Origin: Eledone cirrhosa
Taxonomy: Eukaryota
NCBI GenBank assembly: GCA_964016885.1
Contig: OZ024756.1
Span: forward strand, 37,324,001 to 37,388,000
Direction of reading: 5' to 3'
Length of the DNA stretch: 64,000 bases
The stretch's first letter is position 1. The number at the start of each line of letters is the position of its first letter. The notes beneath the pieces were generated by a model. The model did not search any database, was not told the DNA's origin, and saw only the letters and a list, made by a program, of their open reading frames with translations. Positions 14,544 through 28,080 of the stretch are shown here, one piece after another. The position numbers and the translations under genes are program-made.

Positions 14544-15296
14544 CACACACACACACACACATGTATATGTATATATACATATATATATATAATAAAAGAG
14601 ATCAGTCGACATGGTGTCACTAAAATAATGATAAAGTGCTATTTAACATAAAGACGTTTTTGCACTCCGCTCCAACAAAATAAAAACGGACAAAAACAAA
14701 AAATAAAAAAATATATATCAGAATGAATGAGAAAATGAATAAATCAATAAATTAATTAATAAATTAATAATTTAATAAATGCATTAATTAAATAATCAAT
14801 ATTTAAAAATAACAAATTCATCCTTTCCGTCCAATGATAGAGAAACTATCTGAAATCGCTGTTATCGGAACTAATCCATAACATAATATATATTAATAGT
14901 ATTAAATTAATTTAACTTATTAAATTATTAATTAAAAACCATCATTATGAGTGCAGTCTTCATAAATAGTTCCATGAATTAAATATTTGATTTTTTTTTT
15001 TTTCTTGTAATATTAACAAAATTTACTTTTTAATTTTTTTTTTTCTCCTTCAGAAGTTTCCATCGGGTTTTCTTATTTATACGTATGGAGTTTAAGAGTT
15101 AAATGCATGTTTTGGGGAACATCCCAGTACTCAGAGTACATCTAGGTACTAAGAGAAAGTACAACCCCGTGTTAAGAACTAAGAATCATACTAAATTCAC
15201 TACTACCTGCCACAGAATGTGTCTTGGGCTCGATATAATACATAGAAACATACACAATTTACATACACATATATATATACATACATACATACATAT

Positions 15297-15364
<68 letters not shown>

Positions 15365-15492
15365 TATGTGTGGTAAAAAAACGGGAGGATATATGGATAG
15401 TAAATAGAGCACTCAGTCCAGAAGACGAGTTCGGTATAGAGTTAGTTCGTCAACAAATTAGCTATCGAATATGGTTTGCTAATTTGTTGTGG

Positions 15493-15547
<55 letters not shown>

Positions 15548-15916
15548 ATATTTTAGTCTCTCTATTTTTCAATAGTACCTTCTGTTGTTGATGTTTTTCT
15601 TCAACATAATACAAGTCATATTCGAAAAAAAAAAAGGATTTTTGTAGCGTTAAGCGCTCTACATTCCTTTATCGAATCCTTTAATGTATGACTTGTCTAG
15701 TTAATCCTATGATTAAAGTAACATATATCGTTCTCTTGACAAAAGATTGTTGTGAATCTGGTAATAATAATTTGAAGAAAAAAAAACAGTCATATCCGTT
15801 ATTATAAATTCTCACTTTACATCACTTAGCGCAAATTTCTCAGTCTCCATTTTGAAAAAATTTACCATCTTGAAAGTTCTTCCACTTCCATCTTCGTTCA
15901 TTCTTAAAATATCAAC

Positions 15917-15969
<53 letters not shown>

Positions 15970-15983
15970 ACTCTCTCTCTCTC

Positions 15984-16021
<38 letters not shown>

Positions 16022-16443
16022 CATATATATATATATATATATATATACTTCTCTCTCTTTCTTTGCCATTCTTTTTCTATATTTTCTAAAAAGTTCTCAA
16101 ATATTCCACTGATGATCACACCCAGCCCCCTACACACACATATTGACCACCACAGCCTCATGTCATGTGGTCTTCTCTCTTTGTTTTTTTTGTTTTTTTT
16201 TTTGGTTTGTATTGCATTTTATTTTTATTTTTATATTTTTTTTTTACATATATGTTTGCCGTGGGTTTTTTTTTTCCAAAAGTGCCAATCCTGCTGTGAA
16301 AGATTGCAGTGTAAAAAAAAACATAAAACATAAAACATACAACGATGTGTGTCCTTCATGCCTCAACATCATCGTCATTATTATTATTATTATTACCAGT
16401 AATGCACTGGTTAATTGCTGGCCTTGTGCCAAAAGTAGAAACA

Positions 16444-16485
<42 letters not shown>

Positions 16486-16544
16486 GCCCCTTTAAGTAAT
16501 TTTATAGAAATCATCATCATCATTATTATTATTGTCATTATTTT

Positions 16545-16577
<33 letters not shown>

Positions 16578-16819
16578 AAATACTACTACTACTGCTGCTA
16601 GTACTATCTATTATCTGTTTGTCTATCTGTCTGGCAACATGTCTGTCTGGCTGTCTATCTATTTTTTATATATACCAATATAACCATCCATCTATCTCTT
16701 ATTTCTCTTCCTCCTTCTCTTCTTTCTCTTCTTCTTCTTTCTTTCTCTCTCTCTCTCTCTCTTTCTCTCATACGAGCAGCAATTAAAGGTTTCTGTCACC
16801 TCTCCTCTTACCCTGCCCA

Positions 16820-17185
16820 TACATACACCACATATAGACATACACTAACATACATATACATACACACATATAGATATACACTAACAGACATATACATACA
16901 CACATATAGACATACACTAACATACATATACATACACACATATAGATATACACTAACAGACATATACATACACACATATAGACATACACTAACAGACATA
17001 TACATACACACATATAGACATACACTAACAGACATATACATACACACATATAGACATACACTAACAGACATATACATACACACATATAGACATACACTAA
17101 CAGACATATACATACACACATATAGACATACACTAACAGACATATACATACACACATATAGACATACACAGACATACACTAACAT
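16820..17185. repeat. 36-bp tandem repeat (CATATACATACACACATATAGACATACACTAACAGA)
   Basis: About 10 near-identical units, which explain the periodic ORFs 16783-17221. Confidence 0.9.
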
Positions 17186-17395
17186 ACATTCAAATGAATA
17201 CAAATACATACATACACGCATACATATAAACGCACATCATCAAAGCATACTCATACATGCACACAACCATGCACGTATACATACGTACACATATATACAT
17301 ATCTACAAACACACACACATACATACATACATACATGCTAATTTAATTAACTTATAGTAATTAACGCAATTACTACATGCGTGTGCCGAATGCAA

Positions 17396-17430
<35 letters not shown>

Positions 17431-18198
17431 AATAATTAAATAAATAAATAACACTCCAAAAACTAAACTTGGTAAGAACTTTTCCTAAAAAAAAACATTT
17501 TTCTCTAAGAAACATTGCTTCGCTTCTTTTTATAATAAATTGTTTTTTTTTCTGACTTTGCAATACTCTGAACTCACCAGCGCCACCCCACAACCACCAC
17601 TATTACCATTACTACCATCACAACCACCAAAAATTCCACCATCACCACCATCATTGCTACTGCCAGCATTTTGGTTTAAGTGTATTTTTTATGGTTTTTA
17701 ATTTATTTCGCTATTTAATCCTGTGACTAATGTATAAGTTTTCTATGCCAACAAATTTGTGTTTATATATATATATATATATTTATATACATAAATTACA
17801 TCTATGTGTATATATATTATCATTATTTTCTTAATTTTTTTTTTGTAAGTTTTTGAAATTTTTTTTTTTTTTTCTTGCCTGAAAGTGAACGAATTAGTGT
17901 TTTTCACATCTCTATTGAAAGAAGAGCGAACAAAGGGGAATATATAAATGTATATATTATACAACAAAAAATATATATTTATATATATCCATGAATATAT
18001 ATTTATATTAATAAAAGAAAAGAAAATATGAATACAAATAAAAAAATTTTAAATGAAACCTTTCACAGCTTCCAATGTCTATTAAATTTGTTTGTATATA
18101 TGTATCTATCTATGTATATCTATGTATATTTGTGTGTATTTGTGTGTGTGTGTACGTCATTTAGTATAGTATAATTGGAACAACACTATATGTGCCAA

Positions 18199-18280
<82 letters not shown>

Positions 18281-18655
18281 AGCAAATTCTAAACGTAAAC
18301 ATGTAAGTATGTTTTTTGAAACAGTGCGCGAGTTTGAAATTAGAAATTAGAAATTAGAAGCTTTCACCGTATTTTATCTAAAATACGGTGAAAGCTTATA
18401 ATTTCTAATTTCTAATATATATATATATATATATATATTAGGTTATGCAAGAAATGCTTAGGATTATCCTGAATGCAGTAATGGTTAATTACTACACTAG
18501 ATAGAGTTGACATAGGGTGAGGGGTTACTCAACGAGTTATGGAAGAATTGTTAAAGAAACTCAGTTTCTGATTCTTCTGTATTCCGGAGTGTAGATAAAG
18601 AATGAATAATAAAACAGGTAGACATCATAAAAAGGTAATTTATTCCGAGTACTTA

Positions 18656-18765
18656 GAAATGTTTCAACAGTAGTTGCACTGCCTTGTCATGCTATGTGCA
18701 AATTGGTTGTTATTTATTTGTAGATACTCAATTTTCAAATGCTGCCTCTCCTACCGTGTCTTCAG
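18656..18765 (-). ncRNA. Degenerate hammerhead-like motif with long stem II
   Basis: Minus strand: CTGAAGA-C-ACGGTAG...CTACTGT-T-GAAA-CATTTC. Stem II base pairs over 7 bp; stem I is not convincing. Confidence 0.35.
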
Positions 18766-18861
18766 AGCAGAATGGTTAAAGTGTAAATTCCCTTGTATTT
18801 CTTAAAGGAAGTTATTGGGGAAGATAGAGTAGAAAAAGGAAGAGAGAAAGAAGGGGAGAGG

Positions 18862-18906
<45 letters not shown>

Positions 18907-18929
18907 GGGTCGGAGATATATGTGTATAC

Positions 18930-18960
<31 letters not shown>

Positions 18961-18972
18961 CATATATATATA

Positions 18973-19162
<190 letters not shown>

Positions 19163-20189
19163 GAAAAATGAAACGGGAACAAAACAGAGAGGCAGTACGA
19201 ACAAATGTTTATTAGTTTGTTTCACGATCTTGAGAGTGAGGTGGGGGTGGGACTGATATGTAAGAATGTTGATGCAGCATATTGGAATTCGAATTCGAAT
19301 TGTCCGAAAACATACATCGGATTAGCGATTCTAGATATGTTCATTTACATATTAACGAAACACGTGTTAGTTACATAATAAATATGAATACGCTGAGTGA
19401 AATATTTTAATGGCAACGATTCATAGGAAAAGAGAGGAAAGGCTAAATAAGACTCGAACACAATTCACTTCAATTAAAGGCTAATATCTAATGTGGGAGT
19501 GGTGGAAAAAATCTGAAAAATGAATAAGCGGGCGGGTGTCGATTATTCAAGACCTCGGAGTACCTGTGGTGTGTCTATAAAACTCCCTCATTCCCTTACA
19601 TCGCTCTTTAGCTGTGGACATCATCATCATTATTATCATCGTTGTCGTCGTCTTCTTCAATTATGTCCCTTGACATAATTGATTCTGTTGATCCCAGAGT
19701 ATTACTGGTACGTAGTTTATTATTTAATATATATAAAATAAAAAAAAGGAAAAGCATCTGTCCATAGATTGAGAAGTAAAATTTGCCGTCAGTAAGACTC
19801 GATACATCATCTCACACAACACTAATACAATCTTTTATCAACTGAACTACTACTAATAATAATAATAATAATTCAAAAGATAGTACTAATGGGAACTGCC
19901 CATATACTAAGGAAGATTCTGTCAAGTTTAAACACCTAAAGATGCATGTGTGTGTATGTGTGTTCTTTCTTGGCAGACCTTGTTGTCTCTTGAGGTCACT
20001 GGTTGTGACTTGGTGATAACTCGTATGAAGATAAAGCAAGATAAATGCAATAATAATAATAATAATAATGCTTTCTTTATTAACCACAAGGGTTTACATA
20101 AAGTAGACATTAAGGACAGTACAGGACAATACAGGACGGTACAAATGGGCATTTCTGCGTGTAAAAAAACAGAGGATGTAATAATAATA

Positions 20190-20400
20190 ATAATGCTTTC
20201 TTATATAGGCCAGTAATTTTAGGGGAGGGGAAAGTTGATTACATCGACTCGAATGCGTTACTGGTACTTTATTTTATCGACCCCGTAAGGATAACAGGTA
20301 AAGCTAACTTCGGTGGGATTTGAACTCAGAACGTAAAGGGACGTAACTATATGTCACAAAACATGTTGCCTGACACTCTACCGATACTGACAATTAAACA
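20190..20400 (-). mobile_element. SINE family 1
   Basis: Reverse-complement core TACTGGTACTTTATTTTATCGACCCCGTAAGGAT and B-box. A further partial copy lies at 20410-20495. Confidence 0.8.
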
Positions 20401-20988
20401 CAATAATAATCAAAATTGTGATTTCGGATTTTAGACGCAAGGCCAACAATTTGGAGGTAAATCGTTTAAATCGATCCCAGTGAATTACTGGGATCGATAT
20501 GATACTACAGTTGATGTATGTTGTTGTTGTTGTTGTTGATGTTTTTGTCAACCACCTTCTACAATTACTCATGCCCCCCCCCCCCCCACCACCACCACGC
20601 ACCACTTTTTTCAGACATTTAACCCCAGGTGACACAGAATAGACACTGTGGACTGTAACAGTACAACAACAACAACAACAGCAACAAAAACATATTATCT
20701 ACAACAACAACAACAAAAAACATATTATCTACAGCAATAACAACGACAACAATAGCAACAAAAACATATTATCTACAACAACAACAGCAACACAAACATA
20801 TCAACAACAACTACAACAACAGCAAAAACAACATATTATCTACAACAACAACAACAGCAACCATTTTATCAACAACACTAGTCATATATCTACAGCTACT
20901 ACAGTAGCAACAACAACAACCACCATGCTAACAACAATAACAACAACAAAAAAGTTGACATATATATGTTTGTATGTATGTATGTATT

Positions 20989-21031
<43 letters not shown>

Positions 21032-21065
21032 TATATATATATACATATAATTATTTATATATATA

Positions 21066-21104
<39 letters not shown>

Positions 21105-21203
21105 CAAAGAAAGCACGGAAGGAAAAAAGTGGGAGAAGCGAAAAAAAAGAAAGAAAAGAAAAGAAAAACAAGGAAGGAAGAAAGAAAAAAAGGAAGAAAG
21201 AAA

Positions 21204-21261
<58 letters not shown>

Positions 21262-21464
21262 AGAAAGAAAGACAGAAAGAAAGAAAGAAAGAAAGAGAAA
21301 GAAAGGGAAAGAAAGGGAAAGCAAAACCGAAATCCTTTACCAAGAATCGTATTCTTTGGTTCTCACGGAACAAAACTGATAGAGAGAGTGAGAGAGTGAG
21401 TGAGAGAGTGAGAGAGAGGGGGAGAGAGACTGACAGTGAGACAGCGAGAGAGCGAGAGAGAGAG

Positions 21465-21505
<41 letters not shown>

Positions 21506-21937
21506 GTGAGAGAGGGAGAGAGAGACTGACAGTGGGACAGCGAGAGAGCGAGAGAGAGAGAGTGAGAGATAGAGTGAGAGAGGGGAAGAGAGACAGCGAG
21601 AGAGCGAGTGAGAGAGTGAGTGAGAGAGTGAGAGAGGGGGAGAGAGACTGACAGTCAGACAGAGAGAGAGCGAGAGAGCGAGAGTATAATGCTTCAAAGT
21701 CTTGGGAGAATGTGTTTTAGTAAGCTCCCATCCTTCAGATAGGCAGACGAGACTGTGTAAAAGACCTAGGACGGTTACGAAACCATTAGACAGGCTTAGA
21801 TTACATATTGAACATGTGTTGATGACGTTCGCTTCCATTTTGGACAACACATCATCGGTGTTATATACACACATATATATATATATATGTATATATATAT
21901 ATGTGTGTGTGTGTGTGTTTCTGTGAGTGTGCGAATA

Positions 21938-21975
<38 letters not shown>

Positions 21976-21978
21976 CAC

Positions 21979-22010
<32 letters not shown>

Positions 22011-22113
22011 ATATATAAATATATATATATACATATATATATATATAATGATATAATATATTATAAGTAACATGATTATATTAACTGCACATATATATGA
22101 TTATATATATATG

Positions 22114-22154
<41 letters not shown>

Positions 22155-22179
22155 TATACATATATGTATGTGTGCATGA

Positions 22180-22234
<55 letters not shown>

Positions 22235-22282
22235 ATATATATATACATATATGTATGTATGCATGAATATATATATATATAC

Positions 22283-22326
<44 letters not shown>

Positions 22327-22575
22327 GGGGTGGGCGTGGATGAGTGTATATGTAAAGAGATCCGTATGTTATATAATATAGTACGGTATATACAATAAAT
22401 CACGACCATAAACTTCCAATGAAGCGGAAAAATGTATTTATTTATTTATTATAATTATCAAGCTGTATGACGTCACGTCTAGTTTACATACTATAGCTGA
22501 TTGTACATGTTATACAGTAATCACTATATACCATAAACCCACCCGTCCCCTCAATCTATCTTATTTCTCAGTCTT

Positions 22576-22611
22576 TCTTCTGATGAAGGACTAGCGTCCG
22601 AAACGTTAAAA
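22576..22611 (+). ncRNA. Minimal type I hammerhead ribozyme-like motif
   Basis: TCTT-CTGATGA-A-GGAC TAGC GTCC-GAAA-CGTT-AAAA: intact core, perfect 4-bp stem II, palindromic ACGT stem III, one mismatch in stem I. Confidence 0.6.
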
Positions 22612-22693
22612 CCCTCTTCCTGCTATTTCAAGTGTTAACCTAATATATTCCTTCCATATACTGTACCGATTGTGTTGTTATTTCCGTTTTTAT

Positions 22694-22874
22694 GGCGGTG
22701 GATTGGCAGTATCAGTAAAGGGTCGGACGCCATGCTTTCCAGCATAGTTACGTCGTTTTACGGTCTGAGTTCAAATCCCGTCGAGGTTAACTTTGCCTTT
22801 CATCCTTGCGGGGTCGATAAAATAAAGTACCAGTAATGTACTGGGTAATTGCTGGCCTTTTGTCAAAAACAATT
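22694..22874 (+). mobile_element. SINE family 1, full length
   Basis: Head, B-box, core and tail as in the other copies. Confidence 0.85.
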
Positions 22875-23318
22875 ATTAATACAAACTGTTGTTTCATACA
22901 GAAATTCTCTTTAAACAAAATGTCTACCATGTAATGTATCTCTCAAACAGAAATACATATTTATATAAGTCGTCTGCCTATTCATAAAAAGAAAACAACC
23001 TATACATTAAAACACTCTACCCTTCATCAAAAATCGGAGTATTTCTAACAAATAACTACTTTTATATTAAAGGAAAAGAAATTGATTTTTTATACAAACC
23101 TCATTTCCGCGTATTAATCGCGAAATTAGCAATTATGACAACTATAAACGAGGTTTCTCTCGTGATATAGGTGGCCTCCAGGCAAAATGGCGATCGGATC
23201 TGTCATAGAAATAACCTCTCAGTGAATTTTGTATGAAGATTGATTGGTTATCAGGTGAAATGCCTCTCAGTAAATTTGCCTATAAGAATTGCTTACTCCT
23301 CACACACACACAAACACA

Positions 23319-23376
<58 letters not shown>

Positions 23377-23548
23377 AGAGAAAGTTGTAGTTTGCTTGAA
23401 GCATTGTGTATGGGATAGGAAATGCTGTGAGGTTTGAAGGCCACGACAATACGAAATGGAAGAACAAGAAAATAAAACGAAGCAAGATGTTATGTGTGAC
23501 CTTATATATTTATCTGTTCTGATATTGTCGTGGCCTTCAAACTTCACA

Positions 23549-23635
<87 letters not shown>

Positions 23636-23832
23636 TTCTCTCTCTTTATATATATATATATATTCCTCGGAAGAAGGTAATTTAATCTCGAAATATCAGG
23701 ACAAAATAAATTAAGGTAAAAAAAACACATCTTGTTACATCCAACTTGTTTGTTGTCTATTCGTCCATTTCGCATTGTGGTTGCTTTCAAACTTCGAATT
23801 TTTATATATATATATATATATATGCATATATA

Positions 23833-23952
23833 TATATGAAAGACGTAAAATAAGAAAATTTTAAAAATTAAAAATTAACTTACTTACTAAAATTTTAGTA
23901 AGTAAGTTAATTTTTAATTTTTAAAATTTTCTTATTTTACGTCTTTCATATA
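23833..23952. repeat. Perfect 120-bp palindrome (60-bp arms, no loop)
   Basis: Left arm TATATGAAAGACG...TTACTAAAA is the exact reverse complement of the right arm. Confidence 0.92.
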
Positions 23953-24056
23953 ATTGTTCTGCATCCCCCTGCATTGAACCACCTAGGTACTTTGACATAA
24001 CTTATATATTTACTAGTATTAGTGTACATCTGTACGCATATGTTGGTAGATGTATT

Positions 24057-24153
<97 letters not shown>

Positions 24154-24160
24154 AACTTCG

Positions 24161-24199
<39 letters not shown>

Positions 24200-24415
24200 C
24201 ACAGGCCCATGCAATAGAGATGTGGAATATGCTGCTAATCTTAGCTTGTTTGTCAGTGTTGTTGTTTACATGACTAAGGGTTCAAGCCCGTCACTCTCTA
24301 AATATTCAAATATTTATTAACATTATAGTGTATGACGTCACTATGGTGATTTCAGTTCATTATATATGAATTTGGGGTTTTGCTTTCGTTCACTTTTTGG
24401 TTACACATACACACG

Positions 24416-24446
<31 letters not shown>

Positions 24447-24447
<1 letters not shown>

Positions 24448-24575
24448 AGTTTTAATATAGATGAGATTCTACAGGACTAGAACTGTTTCATTCTTTAGAA
24501 ATCATCAGGAATCCTGATGATTTCTAAAGAATGAAACAGTTCTAGTCCTGTAGAATCTCATCTATATTAAAACTT
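24447..24575. repeat. Perfect 129-bp palindrome (64-bp arms, 1-nt loop) whose arms carry a hammerhead-like core
   Basis: Centre CAGGA-A-TCCTG at 24511. The right arm reads CTGATGA-TTTC TAAA GAAT-GAAA-CAGTTC, followed by tail ACTCTGCAATGTATTGAGTACC. Confidence 0.85.
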
Positions 24576-24645
24576 TTATACTCTGCAATGTATTGAGTAC
24601 CTTACTTACTGTGGTTACATCCGATTCAACCCGGAATAACGTACG

Positions 24646-24710
<65 letters not shown>

Positions 24711-24724
24711 CTATATATATGTAG

Positions 24725-24764
<40 letters not shown>

Positions 24765-24900
24765 GATATAAAACGAAAAATCAGTGATGCATCTGAACTC
24801 AATTTATTGTGGGTTACTGCCTATGGAAGCATCTTAGCTACCATCAGATATATATATATATACATATATATATATGTGTGTGTGTATGTATATGTATATA

Positions 24901-24955
<55 letters not shown>

Positions 24956-25014
24956 ATGTATATGTATATATATATATGTATATATATATATATGTGTGTG
25001 TGTGTATGTATATG

Positions 25015-25047
<33 letters not shown>

Positions 25048-25068
25048 GTATGTATATATATGTATATA

Positions 25069-25099
<31 letters not shown>

Positions 25100-25220
25100 G
25101 TTTTGCAAGGTTTTTGATATGAAATCGTGTGTCGAAACAAATATTGTTATAATATTGCCAGTGAGTGTGTTCTGTTATCATTTCTGGCAATATTATAACA
25201 ATATGACCCTCCCCAAGTAT

Positions 25221-25264
<44 letters not shown>

Positions 25265-25352
25265 TTATTTATTCATTTATTTGTTTCTTTTTCCAATGTG
25301 TGAAACTGCTGTGCCTTTCTTCTTTAACCTGATGCTTTTTGTTTGAGTTTGT

Positions 25353-25383
<31 letters not shown>

Positions 25384-25503
25384 TACTTACATACATACAT
25401 TGATACATACACACATACATGCACACACATGCATGCACACATGTGAAAGTACATACACATATCTATTGATATGTATGCATATGCATATATATATATATAT
25501 GCA

Positions 25504-25540
<37 letters not shown>

Positions 25541-25827
25541 ATATGTATATATACATATATACATATATATATATAAAACAAAGAAGGTGTGGTAAGAAAC
25601 CAGGTGGACCAGAACGCACCAGAGTACTCGATATTGTAGTAGTAGAGTAGATAATCGGATCTAGCTGTCGAAACGGTCGGAGCTCAGCCGTCGGGGTCCA
25701 GACTCTTTTCATATATATATATATATACATATATATATACATATATATTTATATATATATATATATATTTATATATACATATATATTTATATATATATAT
25801 ATATATATACATATTTATATATATATT

Positions 25828-25862
<35 letters not shown>

Positions 25863-25902
25863 ACATATATATATAATATATTTATATATATATATATATA
25901 TA

Positions 25903-26135
25903 CATCATCATTTCATTTTACGTCTGCTTTTCCCTGCTTGCAAGGGTGGGACGGGAACTGATTCTGGCTTGATTTCTACAGCTGGATGCCCTTCCTAACA
26001 CCAACCTCATTTACAGTGAGTGCTGGGTGCTTTTTTTACTACAGCTGAGTAAACTGGAGCAATGTGAAATAAAGTGTCTTGCTCACAACCTTTCGATTGC
26101 AAGGCCAATGCTCTAACCACTAAGCCATGTGCCTC
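25903..26135 (-). mobile_element. SINE-like family 2 (GGTTGGTGTTAGGAAGGGCATCCAGC core, (GAT)n tail) joined to a family 3 fragment
   Basis: Near-identical composite at 50593-50850. Other family 2 copies at 34530-34815, 37280-37525, 53270-53440 and 60350-60636. Family 3 motif CCTTGAGCAAGACACTTTATTTCAC also at 38940-39075, 46340-46690 and 62955-63000. Confidence 0.7.
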
Positions 26136-26719
26136 CATATATAAATAAATACAAATATATATATATATATATATATACCTACACACATACCTATATACAT
26201 ATTAAGAATTACACAAAGATAAAAATGAAAGTAGATCACTTTCATTTTAACAATGTCATTCTCTGCCAATATATTTTCAAAACAACAAACAAGATATAGA
26301 CTTTTTTTTACCATTATAATACATTTTTACAGCATTCCAAGTAGCATATTTAATTATTATTATTATTATTATTCCATATTAAACAAAATAACAAACTATT
26401 GAACTTATTTCTTCATTTTATTTCAAAATAAATCTTTTTTTTTTTATTATTCCCTTCTTTATGAAAAATATATTTTCTTTAATTTTTTTTTACATTACTG
26501 TAATTATTACTATAATATTATTGTTAATGATAATTATTTTTATTACCATTTTTTAAATAAATTTATATATACAAAAAAAAAATTAATAAAATTTAAAAAA
26601 TATATTTTTTCGCCTGACAACTCTCGCACGTTTGTCGTTGCAAAATCAAAAACAAAATTATGAATAATTAAAATATCGTCGTGCCTAATTGATAAATTGT
26701 TGTTGTTGCTATTATTATT

Positions 26720-26952
26720 CTTTGAGTCTCAGTCATTGATGTTATTTAACTGGAAAGTTTGTTGAAATGAATATCAAGCCACTACCTGCAGCCTCAGATA
26801 TTCAGGACATATTGGAGGGTTCTTGCTGTTCCCAGCAAGCATGCCTTTTGAAGTGTTCCAAAAAGCAGGGCTGGACTAATCTTCTTTAACCATCCTTGGA
26901 AACTCTTTGAGATAGTACCTAGTGCGCCTATGACAATCAGGACGACTTTTTA
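26720..26952 (-). mobile_element. Non-LTR retrotransposon 3' end (R4/Dong-like restriction-type endonuclease C-terminus)
   Basis: Minus translation KVVLIVIGALGTISKSFQGWLKKISPALLFGTLQKACLLGTARTLQYVLNI* matches the typical VVPIVIGALG...LQKA.LLGTA.ILR.VL terminus. Confidence 0.75.
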
Positions 26953-27314
26953 AGCGCGTTGCTCAGTCAGTAGCAGCTCCGCTTACTAACCTCAGGGCTA
27001 CGATGTTATATGGTTTCGAATCTCAGACTCTCCGGTCCACTCGATAGTGCCAGATGAGTTATCTCCTACTCTTTTTACTTAGTTCCAGGTCACTGAAAAA
27101 GAGCAAAGAGGGCGCGGCGATCGGCTTTCAAGAGGAGCGGTGAGAGACGACGAGACAGGGAAGGAGCAAAAATAGAGAGAGATAGACAGATAAATGTGTC
27201 ACACTCTCCCTCTCTGTTTACATCTTTTACTCTATCTAACTCGCCTTTCTCCCCCTCTCTTTACATCTTTTACTCTATCTACCTTTATTTATTCAATAAT
27301 TGAAAGACAATAGT

Positions 27315-27346
<32 letters not shown>

Positions 27347-27628
27347 GTGATGAATGTTCATCGACTAAAAACAAATTTGAAATAACAAAAAAACATTGAA
27401 AAGAAAAAAACCCCTGCATGGTATTAGTAAGAGTACCCGGCTGTGAAACCTATTTACCTCCTCAAAATAGAACCCTATCATGTGTATACAACGCATGATA
27501 GGACCCACAAAGTTTTAGCCAGGCAATTGAGCTTAAGAGGCTTATTGTGCGTTGTTTTGAGCAAAGGGGAAAAATAATATTTACAGTACATGTTACATGT
27601 GTTCCTGTAATGATACATGTGTGTGCAT

Positions 27629-27699
<71 letters not shown>

Positions 27700-27912
27700 T
27701 TTTATGCCTGCTTGCAACATGGAATAATGGAATAATTATATTGTGTTGTTTATTACATAAATATATATATATGTATGTATATTTATTACATAAATATATA
27801 TATATGTATATATATTTATTACATAAATATATATATATATATATGTATATTTATTACATAAATATATATATATATGTATGTATATTTTTGTAATAAACAA
27901 CACAATATAATT

Positions 27913-27985
27913 ATTCCTTTACCCAAGCTTTCACAAAGTTAGACAACTCTAACAGAAACGTCTGATATCGCTCATCAGAAGGAAT
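27913..27985 (-). ncRNA. Type I hammerhead ribozyme-like motif
   Basis: Minus strand: ATTCCTT-CTGATGA-GCGA...TTGT-GAAA-GCTTGG-GTA-AAGGAAT. Perfect 7-bp stem I, intact core, GUA cleavage triplet (cut between 27920 and 27919). The sister 3' half at 28371-28390 has the paired stem III (GAAACC TTG GGTA). Confidence 0.7.
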
Positions 27986-27993
27986 CTTTATTT

Positions 27994-28080
<87 letters not shown>

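Noticed and set aside
14828-14870. CCAATGA-TAG..CTATCT-GAAA hammerhead-like string
   Set aside because: The core deviates at several positions and stems I and III are not convincing.
20882-21874. 330-aa ORF containing RFLVK, superficially SNAG-like
   Set aside because: It is on the wrong strand and side for scratch, has no MPR start, and is otherwise microsatellite.
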